DNA from: Azolla caroliniana
Lineage: Eukaryota > Plantae > Polypodiophyta
NCBI GenBank assembly: GCA_043228905.1
Contig: JBHGNT010000003.1
Location: 17,174,001 to 17,238,000 of the forward strand
Length of the DNA: 64,000 bases
Reading direction: 5' to 3'
A program made the position numbers and the translations under genes. This document shows, piece by piece, positions 62,131 through 64,000 of the stretch. Under the pieces are notes generated by a model. It was not told where the DNA came from and made no database searches. It worked only from the letters and a program-made list of their open reading frames with translations. Each line of letters opens with the position of its first letter. The stretch's first letter is position 1.

Positions 62131-64000
62131 AATCGTAGTCGCGAAAATAGTGTTGCCTTCTGGCCGGACTAGCCACAACACACGTGTCCTTCCAAACACT
62201 TCTCCAAAGGGGTGGTAAGGTTAGGATGTTAGACCACACGCATAAGATAAGGATTATAAGCACAGACGGTAAGACAATACAGATGCAAAGATACAGAATA
62301 AGTGCTCCAGTATAATTCATATTACTTCCGTAAAATCATTACATCCAATCGGATCGTTTTATAGGCATCTGACAATATTACAAAACGGTGTCCTTTAGGC
62401 AACCGGCTCCGAATCGGTCTGGATCTGGATCGGCACAACTGTACCGGATCTGTCCCTCCGAATAATAATTCTAATAATAATTATACTATATATATATATA
62501 TATCCGGTTCGGCTTTCCCACTTGTCCTTCAGCCCTTGACCGGCCAACAGTTCTTCAAGCGCGGCCGACCTTTTAGCAAGCAGTTGCTTGAGGGCCGCTT
62601 CGCGGCTCGCGGCTTGTTCATGTAGCTGGCCAAGAATGTGGTTGTGGTTCTGTTCTACTAACTCGGCCAGAGCGGTCTGGGCCTTAAGCTCCTCCTGGTA
62701 GTCCCGAAGGGGAGGCCTTGTCTGGGTTGCCGCTTGTTGGATTCAGGGAGAGGGTTCCCTGTCTGTCTGTGTAGATCGTTCCATGATGACCGGGGGTGGA
62801 GGCTTGGCTGGTTTGGGGTTGCGGGCTGCTATCTGCCCGTGACGATGGCTCACTTGTCTGTACCAAGTCCGTCAGTGTGCTGGCATCGACTGTGGGTACC
62901 CTGGGGTGGGTGGTGTCATCTTTCTGTGTGTCGGTACCTTCAGCACTGGGGCTCGGGTTCGGAAGGGTGGCTGGTGAGACAACGTCACTCGGCACAGGGA
63001 GGCTTAAGGGCGGCTATTCTGGATGTTGCTGCTTGAATGTCGCCAGTTTCTCCTCGGTGGCTTGCCATAGCTTGGTAGCCCGTTTGGCTTGCTGACGCGC
63101 CGTTTTGATATGTCGGGCCATGTCTTTGGCTACCCGAGTAGTGTGGTGCAAATTGCAATATGCCTCAACTAAGACAATGTTCAGATCTAGTAGTTCCATG
63201 AGGAGCGATGCATTTTGTGCTTGCTTCTTCCGTCCTATCTTCTGTAAGGCTCGATCCTCGTGAGGTTCGATTTCACCCATTAGAGCACGTTGAATCATCT
63301 TTGTTTCAGCGTGCTCCTCGGCCATACAAGTGGCGGCAGCTACTTGGGCGCGCGCGAGGAAATCCATTAACTCATATGTTGTGCCCAGTCAAAGTAGTGC
63401 ACTGAACTCGTATGCCTCCGTGGGGAGATCTTTGTAACCGAGGACTTCCTCCTCTGATATCTGCGTGGTTTGTCCATGCTCGATCCAACCGCCTTGGAGC
63501 CATGACTCTGCTGGTACCATGTCCATGGAGGTCGGGCTGGCCTCTTTTGATTTCTGATGATAGTCGCCCTCGGTTTCTGTGGTTGCCTCTCAAATGATGC
63601 GGCGTCTTTTTGGCGGCTCATCCTGTGCGTTCGGGGCCGATGGTGTTGGCTCCTCGGCCTGTTTCCTCTTTTGTTGCCGGATGGCCGAGGGCTACTGGTT
63701 TGTGGGCCGTGAGATCGATTGTGGAGAGGTCATTGATGTCCTTGGTGGTTTCTAGCGTATGGTAACATCCTCAGGGATGGGCTCCTCGGCCTCGTCACAT
63801 TTGACACGGGTTGTTGTGACCGCCCATTGTTTCTGTGTTTTTGGTGGGGGTGGTGCCGAGGCAGAAGTGGGGTTCCGAAGATCTGAGGGAGGTGGAGAAG
63901 GCGAGGGATCTTCCCATTCGTCCTGGGTTATCGCCAAAATCCTCTCCCGTTGTTTCCTTGGTGGTGGTGGAGAGGTCAAGACGCATCGAGGGGAAACCGA

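Larger units (their letters stand above)
52965..62549 (-). mobile_element. Full-length Athila/Tat-like (OTA) Ty3/gypsy element 3, TSD GTTCT
   Basis: LTRs 52965-53359 (395 bp) and 62151-62549 (399 bp) are near-identical. gag-pol and accessory ORF are both on the minus strand. Confidence 0.95.
51331..64000 (-). mobile_element. 3' part of OTA-like gypsy element 2 (3' LTR 51331-51760 and accessory ORF), interrupted by element 3 and running off the window
   Basis: TGTT...AACA LTR followed by CC+TGGCACGCCCGTGGGA. The accessory ORF reads AALEE|REREV across the element-3 insertion and has the shared QA..L..L.ADAENR motif. Confidence 0.8.

Overview
Eukaryotic, transposon-saturated plant heterochromatin with no intact host gene. 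It is probably a non-seed land plant such as a moss, inferred from the plant-type tRNA-Leu(CAG) and the retroelement types. Left to right: (1) the 3' LTR of an Athila/Tat-like (OTA) Ty3/gypsy element; (2) a decayed non-chromovirus Ty3/gypsy carrying two related solo LTRs with 4-bp TSDs; (3) a decayed Ty1/copia; (4) a copia solo LTR containing a hAT MITE; (5) a decayed Sola2-like DDE transposase facing a probably spliced gene with RING-like and FCP1-like domains and a palindromic intronic satellite; (6) an ~11-kb satellite built from tRNA-Leu(CAG) genes and fragments, interrupted by a deleted Tat-like element; (7) a near-intact Tnt1/Tork-like copia (34565-39909, TSD TTCTT) inside an older copia; (8) three nested OTA-like elements, the last full length (52965-62549, TSD GTTCT), plus a near-intact chromovirus (43446-50560, TSD CCAAC). 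The most unusual signal is in the OTA-like family. All four copies lack a polypurine tract before the 3' LTR. Instead they carry a covarying hairpin ending in a sense copy of a tRNA-Arg 3' end with CCA, i.e. an inverted PBS. All identifications were made by eye from motifs; no database search was run.
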